Shown piece by piece: positions 1-9,021 of a stretch of DNA of 15,974 nt; position 1 is the stretch's first letter; each line of letters starts with the position of its first letter. Position numbers and translations under genes: made by a program. The stretch spans positions 1-15,974 of the forward strand of contig JAYTHY010000017.1 in assembly GCA_043732185.1 (NCBI GenBank). Reading direction: 5' to 3'. The notes under the pieces were generated by a model that searched no databases, had not been told where the DNA came from, and saw only the letters and a list, made by a program, of their open reading frames with translations. This DNA comes from Fibrobacteria bacterium. Its GTDB lineage: Bacteria; Fibrobacterota; Fibrobacteria; UBA11236.

Positions 1-3000
1 AACTGGTCCTTGCCATCCTCAGCTGCCAATGACAGTGCTTGGCTCCCGGATGTTACCCCTCCAGCCAGCGTAACCGCTTTCTTGGCTACGGCCATTGGTC
101 CCACCACCGCCGCTTTGGCATGGGTCCCTTCCATAAGTACCGATGCAGATACCACCATAATCCGTTATCGTCTGGACGGGGTTTATCCGACCGGCCCCAC
201 CGACGGAACTCTTTGGAAAAAACTGGCCGCCACAGCGAATAAGGATACGGTTACCGGTTTAACTACGAATACGGTGTATCACTTCGGAGCTTTTGTGCGC
301 GACACCAGCGGTAATTATACCGTGGCCTCAACCGCAACTCAGGACTCGTCCCTGTACCAAACACCCATTACCGGTACCATCACCATCGCGGATGTGGCGG
401 GCCGCACCAAAAATCCCGTTCCCGGGCTAGCCTTCACCGCTACCGGTGCGGATAGTCTACGCTTCTCTCTGTTGGCTGATACCGCAGTAACTACGGCCTG
501 GAAATCCATGCACGCTACCGATTCTCTCAATATGGCTGTCGGTGCCGATGGGCCACGCATTGCCCTGGTCCAATTCAAGAACACGTTTGGGAGACGCTCG
601 ATGTGGATGCGGGATACCACGGTATTGGATCGAGTCGCTCCTGTGATGACTTTGAACCTCAATGCCACGCACAGTTACAAGAACTGGCCCGGTTACATAA
701 CCGGTAAAGCCCTCGATGCCACAACTGGAACGGATTCGATTTTTGTAGTCCGTTTGCGTGAAACCGACAACGCGTACTATAACGGATCTGGCTGGACCAG
801 CATACCCGATACCGCTCGTCTGCGTTCCGATAGCGCCTTTAACGTTCCCATGCCCGCATCTGCATTGGATTCAGGCTTCTACCATTTCAGCGCGTATGCC
901 AAAGATAAGGTAGGTAACATTGCGACTCTTCTAGATAAGCGGGTTCTTTATGAAGCGAATCGCAATCCGGTTCTGGCGGCCTCCACCGTACCGGATACAA
1001 CTCTCCAAAATATGCCGCTAAACATGTATGTGGATATCGGAGACCTGGATTTGGATGATTCAGTGAAGACGATAACCGTAAACATACCCACTTGGTTGAC
1101 TTCAGTTGAAAAGGCCGACTCGGCCTCGGCCGGCTTTGCCGCGCATCGCGTTTATACTTTGACAGGCACTCCCGCCCAAGCCCAGGTAGGCTCCCAAACT
1201 TTAAATATCCAGGTAGAGGATTTGGGTGGAAAGATTTTCAATTACTCGAAAACGTTTCTGGTTAAGGATGTCAATGATGCTCCCGTCTTTGCTGCCGGTC
1301 AAAGCACACTGTCTGTTCAAGAAGACAGCGTTACTGCGTGGGCGCCGTTGTATTCCGATCCTGATCCCAAAGACGTTCACACCTTAACTCTTATTTCCGC
1401 GCCCAAATGGATTCAACTAAAGGATACCGTTTTGACTTTCCACCCCGGCAACCGCGACGTCGGCAACTATACTTTTCAAATCACCGTCAGCGATGGCAGT
1501 CTTTTCGATACCCTAAACCTGGCCTTAATCGTCCTAAATGTTAACGATGGGCCTGTGGCATTCCCTTCTGCCAATTGGCAATCTCCCGTTAATTGGAAGG
1601 AAGACATCCTCGACACCTTTACTGTAGTTGTAGTGGACATGGACAAAGGCGACGCGATAACTTTAGTTACGCCGCTACCCGCATTCATCTCATATGTCGC
1701 TAGCACGGATTCTGTCGAAAGATACAATCATTTCTTCAAGTTCTCAGTATTGCCGCGACCAATGGATACGGGATCCATTAACATCGATCTCATCTTTTCG
1801 GATCAAGCCGGAGCTACGACAAAATTGCCACTACAAGCCAAAGTCCTCTTTGTAAACGACGCGCCTTTGGCCATTATCAAGACAAAGCAAAACATGGCAG
1901 GCGCGGCAAAATTTAGTTTTGATGTCAGCGATGAAGACGGCACTTTGTCAGCCACTCGTTTCCACTATCGTTTGGTGGGGCCAGCGGGTGATACCGTGAG
2001 AAGCGGTATAACGGCCTCTTCGATTCTTTCTTTAAAACCCTTGGTGGATGGGAACTACCAAATAGCCGTATTGGCAGAAGATCAGGGAGGTTTAAAACAA
2101 AAGGGTTACACACTTTCCTCTTTCACCATCAATGGTGCCTCATCACTAAACATAGACACTGCGCATTGGAACATGGTTGCCATTTCGCATGCCAGCCTTC
2201 CCGCAACCGTTCTAGGCGTTGGGGCCGAAGTAACGAATTGGGATGAATCAGGAGAGGACGGTCAGGTCCTTGGCAGATATTCAAGTGGTGTAAATTCCGA
2301 TTCTCTCAAGCGAGGTAAGGGCTATTGGGTGCGAGTGAATAAGCCTATAACGCTTAATGTATCTCAAAAAGATTTGCTGGATTTACCCTTCACATTGAAG
2401 CTGAATCATGGAAAACAGGGTTGGAATCAAATCGGGAATCCTTTCCCCTATTTCATTGATCTTTCCAGTACCAATCTTCAATTCTGGGAATGGGATGCTA
2501 TGCGCCGTGATTTGGTAAATACCAAAGGCATACTGAAACCATGGGGTGCGTACTGGGTTCAAGTCTCCAAAGACACGATTTTAACTTTAAAGAATGAACC
2601 GTATTTCCCTGTTCCTGGAAGTACCGCCCTTACTAAAACAACATCCTTTCAACCATCCTACCAGCATAACTCGAATTGGTCGTTGCAACTGGCCTTGCAA
2701 GCGGGACCATTCCAAGATCGCCTCAACTTTATTGGTATTCACAGTATAAACAATTCTATTCCAACCCTAGTAGATGTTTCCGATGGGAGCTCACTAAATA
2801 CCGACGCTCCGAAATACGGTGAATATATAGCGCTGCATTTCCATAAACCCGGCACACTCGGAGACAGTTTGGCGCAAAACCTCGCTGCCGATTTCCGGGA
2901 AAAGTTAGATGCCGAAGAGGAGTGGTGGGATTTTACCGTGGAAAATTCCGGAACGGGCTTACAAAACGCTTCACTGCAAATGGCCGGATTGGATCAGGTG

Positions 3001-3459
3001 TTGCATTCAGGGCTGTATGCCTTTTTAGTACACCGCGGAGAATCTGTACCCGTGACCTCAGAAGTACCTGTCTTAATGGCTATGGAAGGCACTACGACCC
3101 AATATTCATTCGTGATTACGCCTCATGCCGACTTTGCGGAAAGGTTGAAGGGTAACTTTAACATTACCCAAAACTTCCCAAATCCCGTGGTAGGACAAAC
3201 ATCCTTCCGATTCTTTTTACCACAGAATTGGGATTCCCAAGGAAGGCGCTTGGCAAATCGGACAAGACTCCGAATCAATGTTTTTGACTATTCCGGGCGA
3301 CTTTCCGCCCAAGTGACGGACGGGTTTTATAAGCCTGGTGGACATACTTTGCTATGGAATCCGATATCTAAAAATGGCAGTACCTTGGCTAAGGGGGCCT
3401 ACCTTTATAGGCTCGAAACGCCCGGCTTTACAAAAACCTTAAAGATGGTCATCAAATGA
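1..3459 (+). CDS. Large secreted/surface protein (5'-partial): fibronectin type III + Ig-like + tandem cadherin-like repeats + C-terminal T9SS type A/FlgD-Ig-like sorting domain
   Basis: The frame is open from base 1 (aac tgg tcc ttg...), so the TTG at 10 is probably not the real start. FN3 pattern: DVTPPASVT...LAW...VTGLTTNTVYHFGAFVRDTSGN. Cadherin-like linkers ANRNPV (955), VNDAPV (1270), VNDGPV (1540), VNDAPL (1852), with DxDxxD motifs (DLDLDD, DPDPKD, DMDKGD). GWNQIGNPFP motif. Tail from 3151: QNFPNPV...INVFDYSGR...LWNP...LAKGAYLYRLE...KTLKMVIK*. Confidence 0.85.
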   Translation, partial: NWSLPSSAANDSAWLPDVTPPASVTAFLATAIGPTTAALAWVPSISTDADTTIIRYRLDGVYPTGPTDGTLWKKLAATANKDTVTGLTTNTVYHFGAFVRDTSGNYTVASTATQDSSLYQTPITGTITIADVAGRTKNPVPGLAFTATGADSLRFSLLADTAVTTAWKSMHATDSLNMAVGADGPRIALVQFKNTFGRRSMWMRDTTVLDRVAPVMTLNLNATHSYKNWPGYITGKALDATTGTDSIFVVRLRETDNAYYNGSGWTSIPDTARLRSDSAFNVPMPASALDSGFYHFSAYAKDKVGNIATLLDKRVLYEANRNPVLAASTVPDTTLQNMPLNMYVDIGDLDLDDSVKTITVNIPTWLTSVEKADSASAGFAAHRVYTLTGTPAQAQVGSQTLNIQVEDLGGKIFNYSKTFLVKDVNDAPVFAAGQSTLSVQEDSVTAWAPLYSDPDPKDVHTLTLISAPKWIQLKDTVLTFHPGNRDVGNYTFQITVSDGSLFDTLNLALIVLNVNDGPVAFPSANWQSPVNWKEDILDTFTVVVVDMDKGDAITLVTPLPAFISYVASTDSVERYNHFFKFSVLPRPMDTGSINIDLIFSDQAGATTKLPLQAKVLFVNDAPLAIIKTKQNMAGAAKFSFDVSDEDGTLSATRFHYRLVGPAGDTVRSGITASSILSLKPLVDGNYQIAVLAEDQGGLKQKGYTLSSFTINGASSLNIDTAHWNMVAISHASLPATVLGVGAEVTNWDESGEDGQVLGRYSSGVNSDSLKRGKGYWVRVNKPITLNVSQKDLLDLPFTLKLNHGKQGWNQIGNPFPYFIDLSSTNLQFWEWDAMRRDLVNTKGILKPWGAYWVQVSKDTILTLKNEPYFPVPGSTALTKTTSFQPSYQHNSNWSLQLALQAGPFQDRLNFIGIHSINNSIPTLVDVSDGSSLNTDAPKYGEYIALHFHKPGTLGDSLAQNLAADFREKLDAEEEWWDFTVENSGTGLQNASLQMAGLDQVLHSGLYAFLVHRGESVPVTSEVPVLMAMEGTTTQYSFVITPHADFAERLKGNFNITQNFPNPVVGQTSFRFFLPQNWDSQGRRLANRTRLRINVFDYSGRLSAQVTDGFYKPGGHTLLWNPISKNGSTLAKGAYLYRLETPGFTKTLKMVIK

Positions 3460-3538
3460 TTCCCCTCGCCGTAAAAGGTCGCCAACCTATAGAATAACTG
3501 GTAATGACCCGATAAATACAGGGTAGGATTCGTCGTCA

Positions 3539-6500
3539 ATGCGCACAAAAAGTCCGGCAATAAGTCAGATAAGCAGTGGTGGAAAAAAATTCATCCCCAT
3601 TACCCTTATGCTCCTATGCCTGGCGATGTGGGTGGCCTGCTCAAGTCCTACTTCCTCGAAAAAATCAGCCTGTGCCTGCGAAAAAGATAAACCCACCACC
3701 ACGGTCAAGGCCGCGGACAACCAGGATTCACTCGTCAAATCTGCCAAGGCCGCAGGTAAGGGCGTCATTACAGGTGCGCTCCAAGGAGAAGGCAAAGACG
3801 TTATCAAAGGATTGTTGAAAACTGGGACAAACGCAGCGGGTGAACGTCGCTACTTAGCCACGACTCCTGTACCCTTGGTAGCCGCCACGGTATTGATTTT
3901 CGACGCCTTGCATGCGACCACTTCCGCAGAAACAACTTTGACTACAGATAAATTCGGAAACTACACAGCCGTTCTTAAAGACGGCAAATACTACGGGTTT
4001 GCCGTGCACTTGGATCTAGCCACTTTTCGGCTCATAACTGCCGCCATTCCTTTCATCAATTGCAAAAAAGACACGCTTGCAAAAATTGATACGGCCATTG
4101 CCATTGAAGATCAAACCAACCCGACTGTTACGGGTGTTTATGACGCAACCTCACCGGATGCCGGAGGTCTTTTTCTAGTCGGTCCAATCGCGGCAAAAAA
4201 CGCTAAGATCAGTATCATGTTCAGCGAGCCCATGCAAAGACAGAGCATTAAGGGTTTATCGGTTGGCCGGGTTGATGTAAACAATGTGAACGGCACCATT
4301 GTACTCAGGGACACTCTAGCCGCCACTTCACTCGTACCATCCTGGAGTGGCGACAGCAAGCAATTGACTCTTTCTATGGGCAGCTTGGAATCAGGTTCGC
4401 GCTATGGTCTAATAATTCCCATTTCACTTAAGGACCTGGCTAAAAATCCCATCGAAAAGGAATACAAAGCCGTCTTTGAAGCAGTATCAGAAACTAAGGT
4501 GGCGGATTTACCCTTTGTGGTGTCAGCTACTTTTCCTACTGACCAAGAATCTCTGAAACCTACTCAAAATCCACAGATCAGTTTTACCCGTCCGCCGCAA
4601 GTATTCTCAGCCCTAAATTCCATTTCTATGTCGCCTAAAATAGAGGGGTACTGGGAAGTTACGGGAAACAAACTCTTATTTATTCACAAACTACCCTTCA
4701 CAGTAGGCACTAGTTATTCCATCATCCTCCCGGATACCCTAATTGATTTGAGCGGCAAGCACCTTGATAAGGAATTCAAATGGACGTTCACGGTAAAGGA
4801 TTATGATGGGGCGGCAAAAGAAAAAACGGGTCGTTCTTTGGCCGTAGCGTTATTGATGGAAGAGTTTTTCAATGCCTATTTGCAAGGCGATATCGGACGC
4901 ATGTCCACCTATTTGGATCCTGCATTCCGTCTCGAGGCCGGAACGCAATTCCTTTCCTCCCAGCAATTCCTGGATAGAGTGCGCCGTGAAGTTTCAGAGA
5001 AATCCCATTTAAACGCAGGATTTGAGGCGCCTATCTACAAGAGCAGTGCAGAAGCTTGTTCGACCAAAGCCGCATTAAGAAAAGTGGCGTCCATTGATAA
5101 GAAGGATACGCTATGGGTGCAAGAGCATTCGTCACCTGGTATCCTTCCTAAAGTCTATCGCAAGGAAACGTCAATTACATCCGGAATTACTTGGTCTAAA
5201 ACAGAGAATCGTCTGACTTTAGATGGCCAGGATTATCTATTCGATGTGCCCACCATAGCGAACCTGGAAAACAGCGGTGACGCAAGGTTCCTCGGTGAGC
5301 AATTGAAACTCAATTCCAGTGTAGTACTTGAGCCCGTAAAGGAATCGATCAAAGATCAGTTTTCCATCGATGGTGGCATTGTTGTGACGGATCTAGAAGC
5401 AAAGGTGGCTGTTAAACTCTCGACTATAATTGCCCATGGTCGATACAATTGGGATGCCCAATTGGCATGCGCAGAAGCCGTTCCGATAGATACGAGCTAT
5501 CGCATTATAAAATTCATTCTCGGATTTACCGGCACCAAATGGGTCATCAATCACGCCGTTGATGGTGGATTAGTAGAACGCAAGCTGTTCACACAAAGCG
5601 TCGCAGCCAGTGATTTCCATATCAAGGAAATTAAGCCGATTACTTTACTGGGTCCAACCAATGGAGTCGAAGGCGCGGGAAGTGCTACTGGAAACGTTCT
5701 ATTCCATTTCCGTGGACTCGATTTGGATAGTGTTGGTGGATACTTGCTGGGACTGGCTGAAGACCCCAAGTTCATTGGAGGTAGAGGCGCCTATGGCGGA
5801 CTCTTTTTCATTAAAAATCAAGGTGTCGGAAAGGAGCAAAACTTCAGCCTTAACGCACAAGGACAAGTCGTCGCGGGTGCGACTTCGATTCTGCGCGATG
5901 TACAAACAATGAAATTACCAGGCTGGGAAAAGGCCACCTTTAAATATCCTGCCGCTGAATTATTCAACGCGGATAAAGGCCTTGCTGGTGTGTACCAATG
6001 GAAAGTCATTGCGATTCGTGATACTTCCGCAGCCCAATTTTTAGCCAATGGATTTCAGCCCGATCGTTTTTACGGTGAATCGGATTTTGGGGCCGCCAAA
6101 GGAGCCTTTGCATTCAAAGGCTATCCCCAGCTCATTGATTTAAAAAAATTAGACGACCAAACTGCCTCAACGCAAACAGCCCAGACCTCGGCAGAAAGTT
6201 TCGCAGATAAGGATCTGGACGGCTTCCCTGACTTTATGGAAATCAACTATAAAACGAAGCCGGATGACAAAGCTAGTTTTCCCAATTTCCTGGTCGATAC
6301 GGATAGAGACGGAATTGCCGATTTTCTGGAATTGATGGATGGGACCACTAGCGTTGAAATCGAAGCCACCGATGCGGAGAAAAAAGCCTTTTACATTGCC
6401 CTAGTTGCGAAGGGTGTAAAGTGGTTGGATACAGACGGTGATGGTATCCCGGACGATGTAGAAAAACTACTGGGATACAATCCCAATGATGCCAACAGCA

Positions 6501-8302
6501 AGCCTGCAACACATGCGCGCGTCTCACCTCCCTCCGGTCTTTTTTCCGGCCTGATGAGATTGGGTGACAATGCCTACCCTTTAAAATTTAAGGTACGCGA
6601 ACAAGCAGACACTCTCCTGGTTACCTACTCCGCCTCGCTTAAGGACACTTTAACCGATACTGTTCGCGCAGCGCTCAATGAGGCTATGGGTGAATTCCTT
6701 TTCCCAATTCGCCTCCCCGATAATGGTCCCGATTCTGGAAAAAGTTTGCTGCTACGGGGCACGTTTGAAAAGAGTCGCGTTTTCCTTTCCGGATCGATTA
6801 ATCGTGTCACCTCCATTGCCAAAAATGCTGTAAATTTTGCGGGTGGTCCATTTGTGGGTCAGTACGCGGCAAGCGGTCGCGGAGAAGATGTATCCGCCTT
6901 CATAGGCATGGCAGCAACCAATTCAACCGGAGCAGCAGGATCCACCCAACCAATCAGCACGCCCGTATTAACCCCTCCGACCGCTGCTATTCTGGCCTAC
7001 CGTAAAGCGCCGTCTGGCCTGGGCCATGCCAAATTCAGCCTCAAACCTGGTGTGGGGAAATTTTTTATTTTAACCCTACTGGATGAATTTGGGGATACTT
7101 CAGCGGTACTTGACTCAACGCACAGCTATCCGCAAGTCGATGGAACCTATGATATCGATGCACGCTTGACGCGTACCAATCTCCTTAAACAATATACCCG
7201 CCGTATCGTACTTACCGCACGCTTGGGCCGTGGCAAGGATTCCACTACGGATATCTGGGTACTCGATGGAAGCATGACGGAAAGCGTTGACTCGTGCCGC
7301 CGCTTTGATCCTGCCATACCGAATAAGTGCCTGGACAAACTCTATCGTGACGTCCCAGGTCAATTCTCAACTATGGTCAAAGCCTCGGACCCTTCTGTTA
7401 AAATCTTGACCGGCGGCGTGGTAGGAAATTTTGCCGGCTGGCTGCAACAGGATAAATTCGGTACAGGACTTGCCGACGGTACCGTACAAAACACCGTGGT
7501 GAACGGCACCGGAACCGTGGGCGCCACTGTAACCGATCCCGTACCGCCTGAATCATTTTCCAAGGCCTATCTCGGCGATGCCACCCGATTCAAAGTCTTT
7601 GTTGAACAAGTCGGCATTGCTCTAGGCGAGCCCTTCTATGTTTCCATGCGAGGACGCGTTTTCCGTACGCTCAATGATAGTCTGCATATCCGAAATGGTG
7701 CATTCCCCTACTGTGGCAACGTACAACTTATGGTAACGCCTATTCCATTGATGGATGGCGCAACGCCGGACGAAAAACTTGCTTTTACAAAAGATTCTAT
7801 CCTGGCAACATCCGTAAAGTACACGGTGCTGGCAATTGAAGATGAAGCCTTACCTGGAACACCAGCAAAATTGGCCAAGGCTCGCGATGCCTTGGGATTT
7901 GTCCGTACCGATGTCTTTTTGATCGAATCGCGTTTTGTGGATCCGACCACATTTGTGGGAGGCAAATGCTTGGATGGAAGTGTTTTGCCCCCAGTCTTCC
8001 CGCTTGATGCCGGCCTACCCGTTCTACCAAGCAGCTCCAGTTACTTTCGTGGTGATTTAGGGCCCCTGCAATCGGCTCTACTCGCATCGGGGAATAAAAT
8101 TACAGTGGTTAAAGCCGGATCAACGCTTACATCTATCGTCGAATTAAATCCCGCCACGCTTAGAATTGACCCGGAATCGCGTGCGGCGATGGCAGCCAAT
8201 TTGGATGACCCGTCCCTGGGCTACGTGTTGGTCGGGGAAGCCGGTAAACCAGGTTCGCCCAAGCTTACCGGCGGCCTGCCAACGGGATTGGCCCAACAAT
8301 AA
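3539..8302 (+). CDS. Large multidomain lipoprotein with two SbsA/Big_5-type Ig-like domains, an NTF2-like region and thrombospondin type-3-like Ca-binding repeats
   Basis: 1587-aa ORF. Signal peptide KKFIPITLMLLCLAMWVA-C with the lipobox Cys34 at 3638-3640. Big_5-like motifs ISIMFSEPM...YGLIIPISLKDLAKNPI and QISFTRP...YSIILPDTLIDLSGKHLDKEFKWTFTV. DxDxDGxxDxxE motifs at 6206, 6296 and 6428. Confidence 0.8.
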   Translation: MRTKSPAISQISSGGKKFIPITLMLLCLAMWVACSSPTSSKKSACACEKDKPTTTVKAADNQDSLVKSAKAAGKGVITGALQGEGKDVIKGLLKTGTNAAGERRYLATTPVPLVAATVLIFDALHATTSAETTLTTDKFGNYTAVLKDGKYYGFAVHLDLATFRLITAAIPFINCKKDTLAKIDTAIAIEDQTNPTVTGVYDATSPDAGGLFLVGPIAAKNAKISIMFSEPMQRQSIKGLSVGRVDVNNVNGTIVLRDTLAATSLVPSWSGDSKQLTLSMGSLESGSRYGLIIPISLKDLAKNPIEKEYKAVFEAVSETKVADLPFVVSATFPTDQESLKPTQNPQISFTRPPQVFSALNSISMSPKIEGYWEVTGNKLLFIHKLPFTVGTSYSIILPDTLIDLSGKHLDKEFKWTFTVKDYDGAAKEKTGRSLAVALLMEEFFNAYLQGDIGRMSTYLDPAFRLEAGTQFLSSQQFLDRVRREVSEKSHLNAGFEAPIYKSSAEACSTKAALRKVASIDKKDTLWVQEHSSPGILPKVYRKETSITSGITWSKTENRLTLDGQDYLFDVPTIANLENSGDARFLGEQLKLNSSVVLEPVKESIKDQFSIDGGIVVTDLEAKVAVKLSTIIAHGRYNWDAQLACAEAVPIDTSYRIIKFILGFTGTKWVINHAVDGGLVERKLFTQSVAASDFHIKEIKPITLLGPTNGVEGAGSATGNVLFHFRGLDLDSVGGYLLGLAEDPKFIGGRGAYGGLFFIKNQGVGKEQNFSLNAQGQVVAGATSILRDVQTMKLPGWEKATFKYPAAELFNADKGLAGVYQWKVIAIRDTSAAQFLANGFQPDRFYGESDFGAAKGAFAFKGYPQLIDLKKLDDQTASTQTAQTSAESFADKDLDGFPDFMEINYKTKPDDKASFPNFLVDTDRDGIADFLELMDGTTSVEIEATDAEKKAFYIALVAKGVKWLDTDGDGIPDDVEKLLGYNPNDANSKPATHARVSPPSGLFSGLMRLGDNAYPLKFKVREQADTLLVTYSASLKDTLTDTVRAALNEAMGEFLFPIRLPDNGPDSGKSLLLRGTFEKSRVFLSGSINRVTSIAKNAVNFAGGPFVGQYAASGRGEDVSAFIGMAATNSTGAAGSTQPISTPVLTPPTAAILAYRKAPSGLGHAKFSLKPGVGKFFILTLLDEFGDTSAVLDSTHSYPQVDGTYDIDARLTRTNLLKQYTRRIVLTARLGRGKDSTTDIWVLDGSMTESVDSCRRFDPAIPNKCLDKLYRDVPGQFSTMVKASDPSVKILTGGVVGNFAGWLQQDKFGTGLADGTVQNTVVNGTGTVGATVTDPVPPESFSKAYLGDATRFKVFVEQVGIALGEPFYVSMRGRVFRTLNDSLHIRNGAFPYCGNVQLMVTPIPLMDGATPDEKLAFTKDSILATSVKYTVLAIEDEALPGTPAKLAKARDALGFVRTDVFLIESRFVDPTTFVGGKCLDGSVLPPVFPLDAGLPVLPSSSSYFRGDLGPLQSALLASGNKITVVKAGSTLTSIVELNPATLRIDPESRAAMAANLDDPSLGYVLVGEAGKPGSPKLTGGLPTGLAQQ

Positions 8303-8416
8303 AGATTTTTTCAAACCTCGTCTTTGCCTTATTCGGTTATGCCCTCGAAACATTTCTTTTATCGAGCCTATGGTTAAGCTAAATTCAAGTTTTAACATCG
8401 GTCGAAAGGTTTAGGC

Positions 8417-8911
8417 ATGCACCCCTCTCCAACTCCCGGCACGCTCAAAGTTGTTTCCTTACTGGAAGGCATTCGTAAGCAAGTGTTAGGCCATATTCAA
8501 GGTTTAACCGAAGCACAGGCTTTACTGGTTCCCGACGGATTTCGAAATTCCGTCCATTGGCATATCGGTCATATGCTGCATGTTCAATTGGCCCATTGGT
8601 ACGTTCGGCGTGGTGAGGCTCTTCCCGTTGACCTAGGATTCCGAAAATATTTCCGAGATGGATCTTCGCCAGAAAATTACGATGCAGATACGCCGACTTT
8701 TACCCAAGTGATGGACGTTTATCGTAATTATAGTTTTGATATTGTCGCTAAATATGGATCAATTCTGGAGGCGCCGCTCACCCAAGAGTTTGATTATATG
8801 AATTCACATTTTTCTACTGTGGCTGATGACCTTTATCTCCTCATCTACCATGAAGGCGAGCATTATCCCATGGTGCAGCGGTTATTAAATGTTTCATCTC
8901 AGTCAACATAA
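8417..8911 (+). CDS. DinB/YfiT-like family protein (DinB_2; putative metal-dependent thiol transferase/hydrolase)
   Basis: 164 aa. The pattern GLTEAQ...VPDGFRNSVHWHIGH...YHEGEH gives the His...His-x3-His metal triad typical of the DinB superfamily. A weak AAGG RBS lies upstream. Confidence 0.85.
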   Translation: MHPSPTPGTLKVVSLLEGIRKQVLGHIQGLTEAQALLVPDGFRNSVHWHIGHMLHVQLAHWYVRRGEALPVDLGFRKYFRDGSSPENYDADTPTFTQVMDVYRNYSFDIVAKYGSILEAPLTQEFDYMNSHFSTVADDLYLLIYHEGEHYPMVQRLLNVSSQST

Positions 8912-8952
8912 TAGCATTTACAGCCGGGACGCTTTTACTCAGATCGATTATA

Positions 8953-8988
8953 GGGGCCCTTTGTGATGCGTTTGATGCGAAGGGTTCC
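8953..8988 (+). terminator. Putative stem-loop between convergent genes (possible terminator of the DinB gene)
   Basis: GGGGCCCTTTG (8953-8963) pairs with CGAAGGGTTCC (8978-8988): an 11-bp stem with 3 G-U pairs and a 14-nt loop. Only a weak U tract follows (actactttc). Confidence 0.35.
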
Positions 8989-9021
8989 ACTACTTTCAAC
9001 ACCCTGTGAGTAAGATTTCTC

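Noticed and set aside
10..12. TTG start given by the ORF track for the 1149-aa protein
   Set aside because: The frame is open to the window edge and there is no signal peptide for an evidently secreted protein, so the gene starts upstream of the window.
39..8414. Numerous 60-110-aa alternative-frame and antisense ORFs inside the two large genes (including 8144-8398 and 8166-8414)
   Set aside because: They overlap well-supported CDSs entirely or largely and show no recognisable motifs. They are expected shadow ORFs.
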